Source: Craspedostauros australis
Taxonomy: Eukaryota
Reading direction: 5' to 3'
DNA: 64,000 nt
Assembly: GCA_030167865.1 (NCBI GenBank)
Contig: JALAGF010000383.1
Location: 1-64,000 of the forward strand
Made by a program: the position numbers and the translations under genes. How positions within the stretch are numbered: the stretch's first letter is position 1; each line of letters begins with the position of its first letter. Below, piece after piece: positions 23,201 through 33,900 of the stretch. The notes under the pieces are model-generated. The model saw only the letters and a program-made list of their open reading frames with translations, did not search any database and was not told the DNA's origin.

Positions 23201-25487
23201 TGCATTCCACTCTGTTCGGGTTCTGGTTCATGGGCATAGCGAAGTAGTGCTTGATCATGTGCTTGGATGTGATTGCCTTCCAGGCCTTTCCTGATTGGAC
23301 CTGCGAGTTGTTGGACACAAGGGCATCTGGTGCGCCAACATTGAGGATGAAGTCCATGAGCGTCCCTGGCATCATTGCCTCTCTTCGGAGCGGCTTCGTC
23401 CAGATTAATTTTGGTTTGCTGTGGACAAAGAGTTGGAAGCATTTGTAATGCCAAATTGATTGCACTGTGGAAAAGAAGGGATCCGTATTGACTCAGCCTT
23501 ACATTCGTTGCGGCTGGAGCACTCCAGCTTGTTGTGTTCGGTACTGCCACCATGGTTGACCAGTGGGATGCTGGTGTCGCCTGATGCAATGCGCTGTTGC
23601 CCCTGGTGTTGGATGAGGCAATTGTATGCATTCAGTCCAGGCACGTGCATGTGATGTGTATTAAACAATGATTCCGTCTGATGTGGGTGCTTATCCAGAG
23701 CCACATATTCTGCCTTGATGAGGATCACATCGTCTGTTGGAGATTCATGTACTGTCACCGCGTCGACCATCTGGAATGCCTTGATTGGTGAGGCCATTGT
23801 TGCCCCGTGAGCATGGAATGTCTGTTGGTGTTGTCGGGTCACAACCCATCCGGATTCATGTACGATGTCGCTGTCTGCCCCTGAGTCAAATGATGTAGCC
23901 TTGGCTACTGCTTGTTACTCTTGCCCTGCAAAGAAAGTGTTTGATGGTTGGGTTGGTTCTGCTTGGCACCGACTCTTGTAGTACCTCCAGGCATGCACAC
24001 CTGGATCTTCTCTCTGCAGCTGTGCATGTCTCCCCCTACAGTTGTGGGGCTTGATATGTATGATGATCTCTGACTGGCAGCGAGTTGTGTCTGTCATTGA
24101 TTGTCACAAGCTGTCGTCGCATGGTCCATATTCCTTTCCACCGCACGCCGGGGACGCTTTGGTCCAGGCTCTCTTGTGAGATCTTCATGTGGTGGGAAGT
24201 TGGAGGTTCTTTGCGTACTCTGCTAGTTTGAGTTTCTTGAGCTTGTCCTCGTCAATTGGCTTGCTGTGTTTGCGGAAGTGAAGCGCAGACTCCACAACGA
24301 GCACCTGCGTGTGGGTCTGAAGCCGGCAGAAGACGCTGTCCATCAGCTGGAACATCGCTGAGGGCCTTTGGTCCGCCGTTGACGCCTCGTAGCGACGCTT
24401 ATGGTTGATTTGCCTGTCCTTCTTCTGCTGTTTGTGCCGGTTGCGCCGTGAGGGCTGTTAGATCTTGGAGTTGGTGATGGAGCTGTCATGTCTCATCAAC
24501 TTGTTGCGGATCCAGTCAAATGACTGATTTACGTCGCGAAGCCAAGAAATCTCACTCAAGAATTGTTTGTCATTGATGTTGTAAAAGATCTTTGCGGTGG
24601 TCTCCTTATTGTTCATGACCTTTCCATTGTCCTCCATCATGCGGATGGACTTCGAGAAGGCGCTGACGAACTTGCTGAACAGCTCTGATCCATTGTAGAT
24701 AGGCTTTGCCAGGAGCTCTCCCTGCTCAGCTACGATCTCTGCCTGGTTCTCCTTGAATTTGTACATCCGGACCAGTGCCTGGAAGGTGCCATGACCACTG
24801 CCAATGTGCGATGACACAATGAAATCTGTGTCACCTCATAGGTCTTGCTGTTGAGGATGGTGTAGAATTGGTTGTTGATCTGTGAATTGTAGTTGGTTGG
24901 TTGCTTGGGTTCTATATACTTCGTGTATCTCATTGTTGCCATCGATCTGGCAAATGTGATCTTCCAATCATGCCAGGCTTTGTTCAGTCCAGAGAAGGCC
25001 AGAGTTTTGGGCATGAATACCTTGTCCTAGCACCAACCTGTTGGTGTTGAGGGTGATTGTGCAAGGGTGGCTCCATGTCATGGAGACATCATGGCTATCT
25101 CATTGTTTGCCACTGGGGGCTCCACCACTGCTGCGTCTTTGATGGCCATCTTGGTTCTTGTGCAAGCCGCTGTGTTTGTAACAGGGGTCTTGATCTTTGG
25201 AGGCACATAGTTTGTCTGTTCAATGTATGCATCAACGGCAGTCCAGTTGGTGGTGGAGTCAATTGTATTGGATCTGGTGTATGCAAAGATGTGTTGGATG
25301 TTTCCAATGTTGATTAGGTGAGGGTTGGTGCAAAGGTCAAGGAAGCCACAATTGCGCCATCTGGATGCTGGATGGCTTGGTCGATGCACCCAAGGGTGGA
25401 CGTGATGAAGGTCATCTCCTAGTAGTCAAGCTGGACTAGCTCCTTGATGATGGGTGCAACAGTTCTGTTGTTGATTGCTCTTGCCAT
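20275..25487 (-). pseudogene. Disrupted gag-pol polyprotein of the copia element
   Basis: Gag ATG at 25487 (MARAINNR...). Many stops and frameshifts split gag (24458-25487), protease (~23850-23900), integrase (22557-23465), RT (~21227-22093) and RNase H (~20275-20760). Confidence 0.92.
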
Positions 25488-25541
25488 GGTGAAGGTTTGT
25501 TTGTAAGTGGTAAGCTTGGTGGTAAACCACAACTCTCAACC

Positions 25542-25703
25542 TGTCAAACTGCACAAGTAACTACAGAAGACGTATTGGCCCATTGATGCATGCCCTGGTC
25601 GGAGCTCTTGTGTTTTATTGTGAGTCGTCCGAGGACGATCTCCAACCAGTATTTTGGATTTATACGATTAGTAAAAAGGTAAGAAGCACAGTGAAAGCTG
25701 TCA
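25542..25703 (-). repeat. 5' LTR of the copia element
   Basis: On the + strand it reads tgtcaaactgcac...gaaagctgtca, with TG...CA termini. About 87% identical to 20090-20251 by manual alignment. Confidence 0.95.
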
Positions 25704-26281
25704 TCAATGAACCTGCACGTACTCGAATCACAACACGAGAAACAACAAGGTAAACAACACCGCCGCCATCAGTCTCTTTCCGCACCATGCCAACAGCTCA
25801 GCAGATGACCTCGGCATCCCATGTCCAAGCGGAGCAAAGCAGGCTACACAGGACTTTGTACTAACAAACTAAGCTTGGTGTAAAATGATATTATACTATA
25901 GTTTGCATACCATAGGATAAGTCGCTGTGCTCCATTACATGATGTTATGTTGTGTAGCATTCGCAAGTGTCGCTGTTGCAGCCGACGCGCAGGGATGCCA
26001 CCAACGCTGTGCTGCTTGACACAACACACACAAGCGAGGAACGTCCAACCGAGCCAAATCACCAACAACGCGAGGAATCAACACGACACCGAACCTGGCA
26101 CAACTTCACCATCAAAACAGTTGGATACCATCGCAGTCTGACATCGACCGTCAAAAACGTCATCATTTTCGTCCGCGGTGAAGACAAGTCGGCCAGGTAC
26201 TTGTGTCGTAGAAGCTAGCTAGATTTATCTAACCCTAATGGACAACACGAAAAATCATGTTCTAAAAATATCACGTTTCAG

Positions 26282-26335
26282 TATCTCAAATCCGCAGGAT
26301 ACTACACGACTTCGCTGAATGGGGTCGTATGGAGT
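26282..26335 (-). repeat. Right arm of a degenerate inverted repeat (partner 19421-19474)
   Basis: See the left arm. Weaker similarity continues inward (ttagatcatcctattatgttgt vs ttagaacatgatttttcgtgttgt). Confidence 0.65.
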
Positions 26336-27254
26336 ATTGGTGGTCGGCACCACGCAGTATTCCGTATCAATAAGCTCTCTGTGACACTCTCCCCGAGTCT
26401 AATTATGCGTTCGCGATGTTCATTCAACGCCATCCCCCTACCATCTTTTTTCGGTTGGGGGAGGCCTCATTCGCCCCAACCGAGTCGGGTCATTGCCGTT
26501 CGCTTCGACACAAACACCTCCGCTGCGGAGGACGGCAGTACCTTGTCTACCAGGATGTAGGCAATCGTAGCACAAGCTTCGATACTTTCGCTCTCTGTGA
26601 TCTCTTTGTGCGAGTCTTTGTGGTGTGCTGGCACCGTAAATGGCCAACCTCCTGCAAATTCGCCGCACCAAAGGTCATTCGCTGCCACCCCCCAGATGGG
26701 GCATTTGGCTCAGGAGTGGTATGGCGGGGACGCTGAATCGAAGCTGTTGCAGTTGCTTCAACAACAAGCGATGCAGAGTTTGTTGGCTGGACTGCGACGA
26801 CTTCCCAAAACATGCACCAAACGCAGACAGATGCGGCCAACCATACTGGGAATACCACAGCGATACCCAACCTCCCCACTGTTCTGCTCCTATGGACATT
26901 CCGAGAAGCAAGCAAAGTAGAACGTAGCGGAACGCAGAAAGCACAACAAAGGAAGTAGAACTGTAGCAGACCGAAACAATACGAAACCAGCGCACGAAGG
27001 CGTGTCAGAAACCTTGTTAGGACATACCGAACGACGGAAGGTGTCACAGCTCAGCAGAACAACGCGGTAATACAACCATCGCACATACCATACTGTGCCA
27101 GCCCACAACCACTGGGGATTCCACTTCTGCTTTTGGCCATAAAGCACACGCAGTGGAATCCACAAGAGAAAGGTCAAGCAAACCAAGCCAAGCCAAACCA
27201 AACCAAACATACCAACACCAACACCACCACCGACCTCAGTCTTGTGCTTCAACC

Positions 27255-29090
27255 ATGGAGATCAAATCTGACACGAGTATCGGCGCCTGCGCCGACGCTG
27301 CCAACCAAACTGGGGCAGATGCACCGACTGCCTGTGCCAAGATCAACAAACAGCTGTTCATGAAGCAGGGGAGGACACTCCTGCCGGCTGGATACAAGCC
27401 AGATGACATCGACGTCATGTGCGGAAGGGGCAGAATCTCCTGGCAGCATACAGGGAACAAGAAATACAAAACAATCGTGAAGCAACACACCCAGAGATAC
27501 ATTGATGCACCTCGAAAGATCGACAAGAGCATCCTCGTGTCCTCGCTGGTGGATGAATTCAGAGGCAAGGGCATCCTCTTCCTCAAGTTCGACATGCGCA
27601 CTAAGCGCTTCTACGACGTCGGGGATATCCACGCGCGTGACAAGACTGGCCATGCCATCAGAGATCAGATCTCCAAGCTTGCTAAACATGCAGCGAAGGC
27701 GCAAAAGTCCACCACGCGTGCTCGTCGTAGATCGTCCCCTTTCGGGGCTGAAAGCAGTCATAGCAGTGCATCTGCCACTAGCAGTAGAATCAGCAATGGA
27801 AATGGCAGCAGCTGCAGCAGCAGTGAGGACGGCGATGACGATGGCAGCAGCTATCGTGATGATCAAGGACGGCGGAGAAGAGTGAAGCAGGTGCGAGATC
27901 ACATCAATCAGAGTCTCAGTACGTCAGGATCCGCTCATGCCAACAAGTCACCAAGTCAGATCTTCCCGATGATGACAGGTCAGCACGAATCCCTCTCCGC
28001 GATGATGGTGGCTGAAGCTGAGCAATCCGGGCGTTTGGCTTCGATGGCCGCTAATCAACGAAACCCCTTCTCCCAGCAGGTGCCAAGCGAGATCCTTTCC
28101 ACCAGCATCATTCATGGGATGTCGCCACTAGCACAGGCAGCCATGTCTACGAGGGCATTCCAGGATGCGACCGAGACCAGGGCGACTGCACATGCGGGTA
28201 GTCCATTCTCGGGTCCGAGAGCCCCTTCCATGCCAACATCTCCGACTTTGCTGTCCCCATTCAAGTTGCACCCGTCACCAAACCGCCAACCTACCCTTCA
28301 AAAACACGAGCTTCCCAATGTGTCGACCATCCCAGAGCAATCCGAGCTACTGAAGCGACAAAGGGAAGACCATGCAACGAAGATACCCACCCAACTGTCG
28401 ATCGATCGAGTCAACCCCAAGACCTACTTCAAGATTGATTCCGTCTCCACCACAAGGCCTGGACTGAAGCTCGCAGGTGCGGATGCTATCAGCACGCAAC
28501 CGAGATCGACCGCCTCGCAACCGCTCTCTGCCTCTGCTGCGACCAAGGTACTGGCCAGCCTCGACATTGGCAAGAACGATCATCCGTACGATCAGCTGCA
28601 ACAATTGAATCAGGGACAGTCACAGCAGGTGAGCCCACATCTGTCTCAACTAACAGTTCCCCAAGACTCATACACGGCACAGCACCAGTATGGCCAAGCT
28701 CTTCAAGGGGGCTTGTGGCAATCCAAGCCGAGTGCAAACGCAAGCGCAAGCACATCGCTGATGTTTGTAGGTTCACCGTCTGCAGCACTCGAGCCCCGAC
28801 CTCTGGCAAGATTGCCAATGCGAGCCGCACAGAAAGCCCCACAATCACCATCAACAAAGGTAAATGCAATGGGAATGGCCTCTGGTTTTCTTGACACCAA
28901 GAGCAATTCAACCAGCACACTGGATATGCTTCCCATCCATGAAGTTGGGAGCAACGCCCTCGATCTATCGTCTCTGTTGCAGAGCGATCTTGCTATCGGA
29001 GCAACAACTAGCATCTCAAGAACGAATTCAGGTGGCGCAAACGCCGCTTGGAACAGGACTGAAGACACTGACGAAGAAGATCATCCATAG
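27255..29090 (+). CDS. DUF6824-domain protein 1 with a long S/Q/P-rich disordered C-terminus
   Basis: PDDIDVMCGRG...HTGNKKYK.IV...KSILV..LV...GILFLK...FYDVGD..ARDKTGHAIRD matches the diatom DUF6824 pattern (DVLCGRG...GN..FR...AREKV.HALRD). ATG at 27255. Confidence 0.82.
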   Translation: MEIKSDTSIGACADAANQTGADAPTACAKINKQLFMKQGRTLLPAGYKPDDIDVMCGRGRISWQHTGNKKYKTIVKQHTQRYIDAPRKIDKSILVSSLVDEFRGKGILFLKFDMRTKRFYDVGDIHARDKTGHAIRDQISKLAKHAAKAQKSTTRARRRSSPFGAESSHSSASATSSRISNGNGSSCSSSEDGDDDGSSYRDDQGRRRRVKQVRDHINQSLSTSGSAHANKSPSQIFPMMTGQHESLSAMMVAEAEQSGRLASMAANQRNPFSQQVPSEILSTSIIHGMSPLAQAAMSTRAFQDATETRATAHAGSPFSGPRAPSMPTSPTLLSPFKLHPSPNRQPTLQKHELPNVSTIPEQSELLKRQREDHATKIPTQLSIDRVNPKTYFKIDSVSTTRPGLKLAGADAISTQPRSTASQPLSASAATKVLASLDIGKNDHPYDQLQQLNQGQSQQVSPHLSQLTVPQDSYTAQHQYGQALQGGLWQSKPSANASASTSLMFVGSPSAALEPRPLARLPMRAAQKAPQSPSTKVNAMGMASGFLDTKSNSTSTLDMLPIHEVGSNALDLSSLLQSDLAIGATTSISRTNSGGANAAWNRTEDTDEEDHP

Positions 29091-30910
29091 TTTCGTTGAG
29101 ACAGGAGTGACCACGCCAAGATGAATCGAGTACTCAACGCAAATCCCCCTCAACTAGAGTAAAATATAATACAATTTAACCATAAGATTCGATTCAATCA
29201 AGATACGTATCCCATCTGCACGAGTACTACCAGCAACACTCAAGAGTCTCGACAATCCGTCGTACTTATACGTAAGTAGCACTTCTCTTGTCTTGTCTTG
29301 TCTATTGCAAGAGTATTCATATCATACATTTTCATGCGGCCGGTTCCGCGGCTCTCCAGCAAGGTGACAATATAGTGCTATAGAGAGTGCGAAGGAAGTC
29401 CACATGCTTGACTCGCGATCTCTTCCGATTTCCCTGCCTCACTGACTACATGCCGCACGCAAGGTCCCCACAGGACTCGAGCCAAACCCAAGCAAATACA
29501 GCACGAACACGTACGATCTATTATACACAGTAGAAGATTCGTATGTAGAGTATTTGAGATCCGATGCTAGAAACACGATATCATGAGCGCAGGGAGACAT
29601 CACAGATGAGGGAAAACGACCCTACTCGTCCCCAACAAATCCACATCCATGCAACGCAGATCAGATTCTGCATGGCAGGTTTGGTTTCGTGCTTTGCCAT
29701 GGCTTTCGTGTGATTTGGTTTGAGATACGAGTGTTGGAGAAGTCTGCATGACGTTGCATGACACAACGTAATGAACTATAAGTCCATGTACCATGCAAGA
29801 CACAACCTGCGAGTAGAATACCACAGGCATTCCGTCCAGGAGACACGACCGATTCTAAATGGAGTTCTTCGCAATTCCAACAAATGTTGTTTGCGCCAGG
29901 TTTTGCTCACTGCAACTTGAGGACGCGACACGAATCGTCGTTGTCGAGTTTTCATTCATGGATGGAGTTTCCAAAAGCGGTTCATACTTGTGCCTAGCCT
30001 CGTTGCATGCTATGTTCATGGAAAAGTCGAGACGAAAGGGGACAACAGCGTCCGAGCGGGAAGTGAAAGCGGCCTTATTTTTATCATTGGTCATCGTTGT
30101 TTGTTCCTATATAAATGTGAAACACCCCAAGACACATGGACAATGACTCCAAGACACGAAAGACTTCCGATGCGCGTAACGCGGAAACATCCACGATACA
30201 AAGCGTCTTGTTGGCGCCTGCGTCGGCCAAAGTCACAAGTATCATCGAGGTTTCTTGCCATGCCCAACGCGTTTTTTGCTCGTGCGTTGCCGCAACAACC
30301 TGCGGCGACACGAACAGTGACTGCTCTGTGTGGGGTGTCTTGTCCGGCTTTTCTTGGTCCTCTCTTTGCTTCGCCGGCCTTTCCCGCACCAATGGGCGTC
30401 GTGGAATCAACCGCCAAGAAGAAGAAAGCTCCGTAGAATCGAAACAACAGCTCCACCATCGACGTCGTTGTCATTGTGGCTGTGTGCGGGCCATCTATCG
30501 CAGGGACCGAGGGAGAGAGAGAGAGTCACACACAGAGCAAGCAAGAAAGCCAAAGGGAGGAGTCCTTCATTCACAAGAGATTCAGAGAGGCAAGGTGGAA
30601 CTCACATGGAAGACAGCTCCTTCGGCGAAGGAATCTTGTTGGAAAGGCCAACCAGTCTTTCGCCAGGTGCTGAGTGTCCCTTCCCGATCGACAGAGTGCC
30701 GTAGGTCTCATCGTCGTCGTTCCCATCATTGCCATCATTGCCATTGCTGCTGGAACCGGTGTTGTCGAGAGGGTGTGTGAGTAGTCCAGACCAAACCAGA
30801 GCAGTGACAAACTGGAGGTCAAGAGGGAGAGAGGGCAGCGGGAAAGCCAAGAGCGACGGTGGCCACAGACGAACGCTCTGCTCCCGAGTGTGCATTGCCA
30901 TTGTTGGCAA

Positions 30911-30967
30911 CTCATATACGCATATATACACACATATACGCACATATACACACATATACGCACACAC
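30911..30967. repeat. 10-bp tandem repeat (CACATATACG/CACATATACA, ~5 copies) just upstream of cyclase/PDE paralog 2
   Basis: ctcatatacg catatataca cacatatacg cacatataca cacatatacg cacacac, ending ~19 nt before the ATG at 30986. Confidence 0.85.
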
Positions 30968-30985
30968 TTGTACGACTAGTATACC

Positions 30986-33900
30986 ATGTCGACGTCCAGC
31001 AACTCCGGCAGCCGGCGACTGCGGCGGCACAACAGCATGCGGCACAGCCGCAACAGCGAGAGTCTCTCGTCCATGATCGAGCGCACGTCGCATCACCACA
31101 AGCAGCAGCAGCAACAGGAGCTGCTGCATCAGCATCGATTGCAGCGACAGAGAACGCAGCAGCAGCAACCAAGGCCACCGCAGCGCTCCAACAGCGGCCG
31201 GCGGCGCGAGCTGATGCAAACGGGCGCCATCGCACCGAACCCGCTGGTCTCATCGATCTCGGGCACGGCCAACTACTCCAGCGGGGAGAGCCACGAAGGC
31301 ACGCTCAGCGTCAGCGATGGCTCCGCCAGTCTCGACCTGGCCAACATCTTCTACGGCGACAACACGACGGTCGACGGGGGCGTCAGCGCTGAAACCAGCA
31401 CCATGCGTGCGCACCAGCGCCGCGACATGATGGCCCTGCAACAGCATCAGCGAAGGCAGGCCGCCAATGCGGATCAATTCCGCGATGAAGGGCTGGCGGG
31501 ACTTCACAGCGACGAATTCTCCTTGGACGGCGAGAGCAGAGCCTCGTCCGATGAGAATGGCGCCGCCAAGAACAACGCGCACGCGTCCATCGCCCGCGAG
31601 GAGACGCAGAACATCGGCCGGTTGCGTTGGATTGTGTTCGGGTTGCTCGGTCTCACCACGATCCTGGTGTCCTTCGTTGTCTACTTCAACACGCAGAGGG
31701 AGGAGACCGACCAGTTCCTGCGCGCGTTCGAGATCGAATCGCAGACCGTGTTTCATGTCATCCGTTCCGAGTTGGAAGAGACGATCAACGCCATGGAGCA
31801 ACTCGGCGTGCTGTACACGTCGGCGGCAGCATCGCCCGCTGGCGTTCAGGTCTCATCGTCCACGCCGATGTCATGGCCATTCGTGGCGTTGCCAAACTTC
31901 GTCATCCATGCCTCTTCCACCAAGCACCTCTCCAACGTGCGGTTGCTCACAATGATACCCATCGTCACGGATGAGACCAGGAGCAAATGGCAGACCTTCG
32001 CCTTCAAGACGGCGAACCAAGACCTGATTGCGTCGCGTGCCAACGACGGCGATGAGAACGTGTTCGAAACATCGGCGTCCGCAAAGGGTGGAAGCAGAAA
32101 AACCAAGAGCGACGTCAGCCACGATCGAGATCGATCCAGAATACGGGAGTTGCACCGAACACGTATGCAGCACCAGCAACAACAGCGAGAAGCTGCGGAG
32201 CATGGCTCTGTGGTGGCACAGGAAAGAGCAACGACTGCTCCTTTCGCTCGCACGGAGCCTGTTCAGCACACGGTCGATCACGTCGCTGAACATACCAATA
32301 GACGCGTGCAGTCTGGCGGGCAAAAAGAACCAGACGTCAACAAGGACAGGCCGACATTGGCACCTTCTGCGCTCGAAGCACCGACCGGTTCCAACAACGG
32401 TGCCGTTCCCACCAAGGATAGCATCACGAAGCCGCCATTCTCGTCGACGACAGCCTCGCCCACGCTGGCACCGATCGCGCAACCCGACAACGGCGAACCG
32501 GCCCTTTTTGTGGACGGCATCTCGACCACGATCTATCGCTTGGAACAGAACCGACCACAGCGCGACGGCGTTGACACTCGCAACACTGGAAGACCCATTG
32601 TCGAGATGGGCAACCTGGGGCAGTACTACCCCGTGTGGCAGACGATCCCGACTGTTCCCGGCCTGTGCCAGTACAACGTCCGATCCGATACATTGTACTC
32701 CGAAGAGTTGGAAGCATCCATCCAACAAGGTCCATCGGTGGTCGTCGGACGCACCCATTTCGATGATACAGATCTGTTCTCCCAGGCTATTGTGCTTACC
32801 GAAACGAGCGGCAACGCTGGGAACAACGGCAGAACAAAAAGCAATGGCAACGCTGCTGCCATCTCCACGCAGCCCAGGCTCAGCATCAGTGTTCCGATTC
32901 TGGAGGCAATGCCGGAAGTCACCGTGTCCATACCTTGGGTGACACAGCTGGACACAGGCACAGACATTAGCACGGACACGGAGACTACAGTGGAATCATC
33001 GGAGCAACAGAAGGAGCCAGGCAAGCCTGTCGCATCTCTGCTCTCCATTTTGCATTGGAATGACTTGATTGGATCCAACTTGGACTTGCACGGGGCAACC
33101 GAGATGGTGCTGGTGATCGAAACCAGCTTCAGGTGCAGCGGAGAGCGGCGAGATTCGGATGCGAATGTAAATACAGACGCAAATCGTGGCGATCTCTCCA
33201 GGATCTCATATGTGATCAGCTCAGAAACCAACGCATTGCGATTCTTGGGATACGGGGACCGCCATGACAATGACTTCGACGACCATCGCCAAACAACCAC
33301 GCTCTTCCCATCCAACCCAAATACAAACTATGCAACGTTCTCGCAGAAGATATCCTACAACACGACGTACTGCCCGTACACAATGCACGTCTACCCAACG
33401 CAAGCAATGAACGACGAGTACAGATCCAACCTTCCCTTGATTTACACCATCGCCGTTGTGTTCACCTTCCTGTTCACCGTGGGTGTGTTCATCATGTACG
33501 ACGTCCTGGTGGAGCGACGGCAGCGTCTTGTCATGGAAAAGGCGGTGCAATCATCAGCCGTGGTGTCATCCCTTTTCCCTGCCGTTGTGCGGGATCGTCT
33601 CTTCCCCGGCGGCAGCTCGAGCCACGACCTCGATGCCAACGTCTCCGCCAAACGGCGGTTGAAGACCTTCCTGGACGAAGGCAGCCGCCAATCGCACAAG
33701 ACTTCCCGCCGGTCTTCGTCCTCTTCCGGCGATGCCAAGCCAATTGCGGATCTGTTCCCGTACACGACAGTGCTCTTCGCGGATATTTCTGGATTCACGG
33801 CGTGGAGTTCGGTGAGGGAACCAAGCCAGGTGTTCACGTTGCTGGAGACCATCTACGGAGCATTCGATCGGATTGCGAAGAAACGAACGGTCAGTGCACA

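Larger units (their letters stand above)
20090..25703 (-). mobile_element. Full-length, decayed Ty1/copia LTR retrotransposon (CoDi-like), 5614 bp, with 5-bp TSD TCAAT
   Basis: Paired 162-bp LTRs, with TCAAT at 20085-20089 and 25704-25708. Minus-strand domain order is gag, protease (FDSGAD), integrase, RT (KARLIAGGH, THVDDF), RNase H (FVDADH, TSTYGAEF, NLADMLTKAL). This is the copia order. Confidence 0.97.

Noticed and set aside
25843-25958. 8-bp inverted repeat gctacaca...tgtgtagc around an AT-rich 116-bp stretch (possible MITE)
   Set aside because: It is too short, has no target-site duplication, and could arise by chance.
26229-26238. ctaaccctaa, a telomere-like motif
   Set aside because: Fewer than two repeat units, so it is not an interstitial telomeric array.
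29521-29590. Possible third copy of the 19421/26282 repeat (gtatgtagagtatttgagat)
   Set aside because: The similarity is limited to a few short words.
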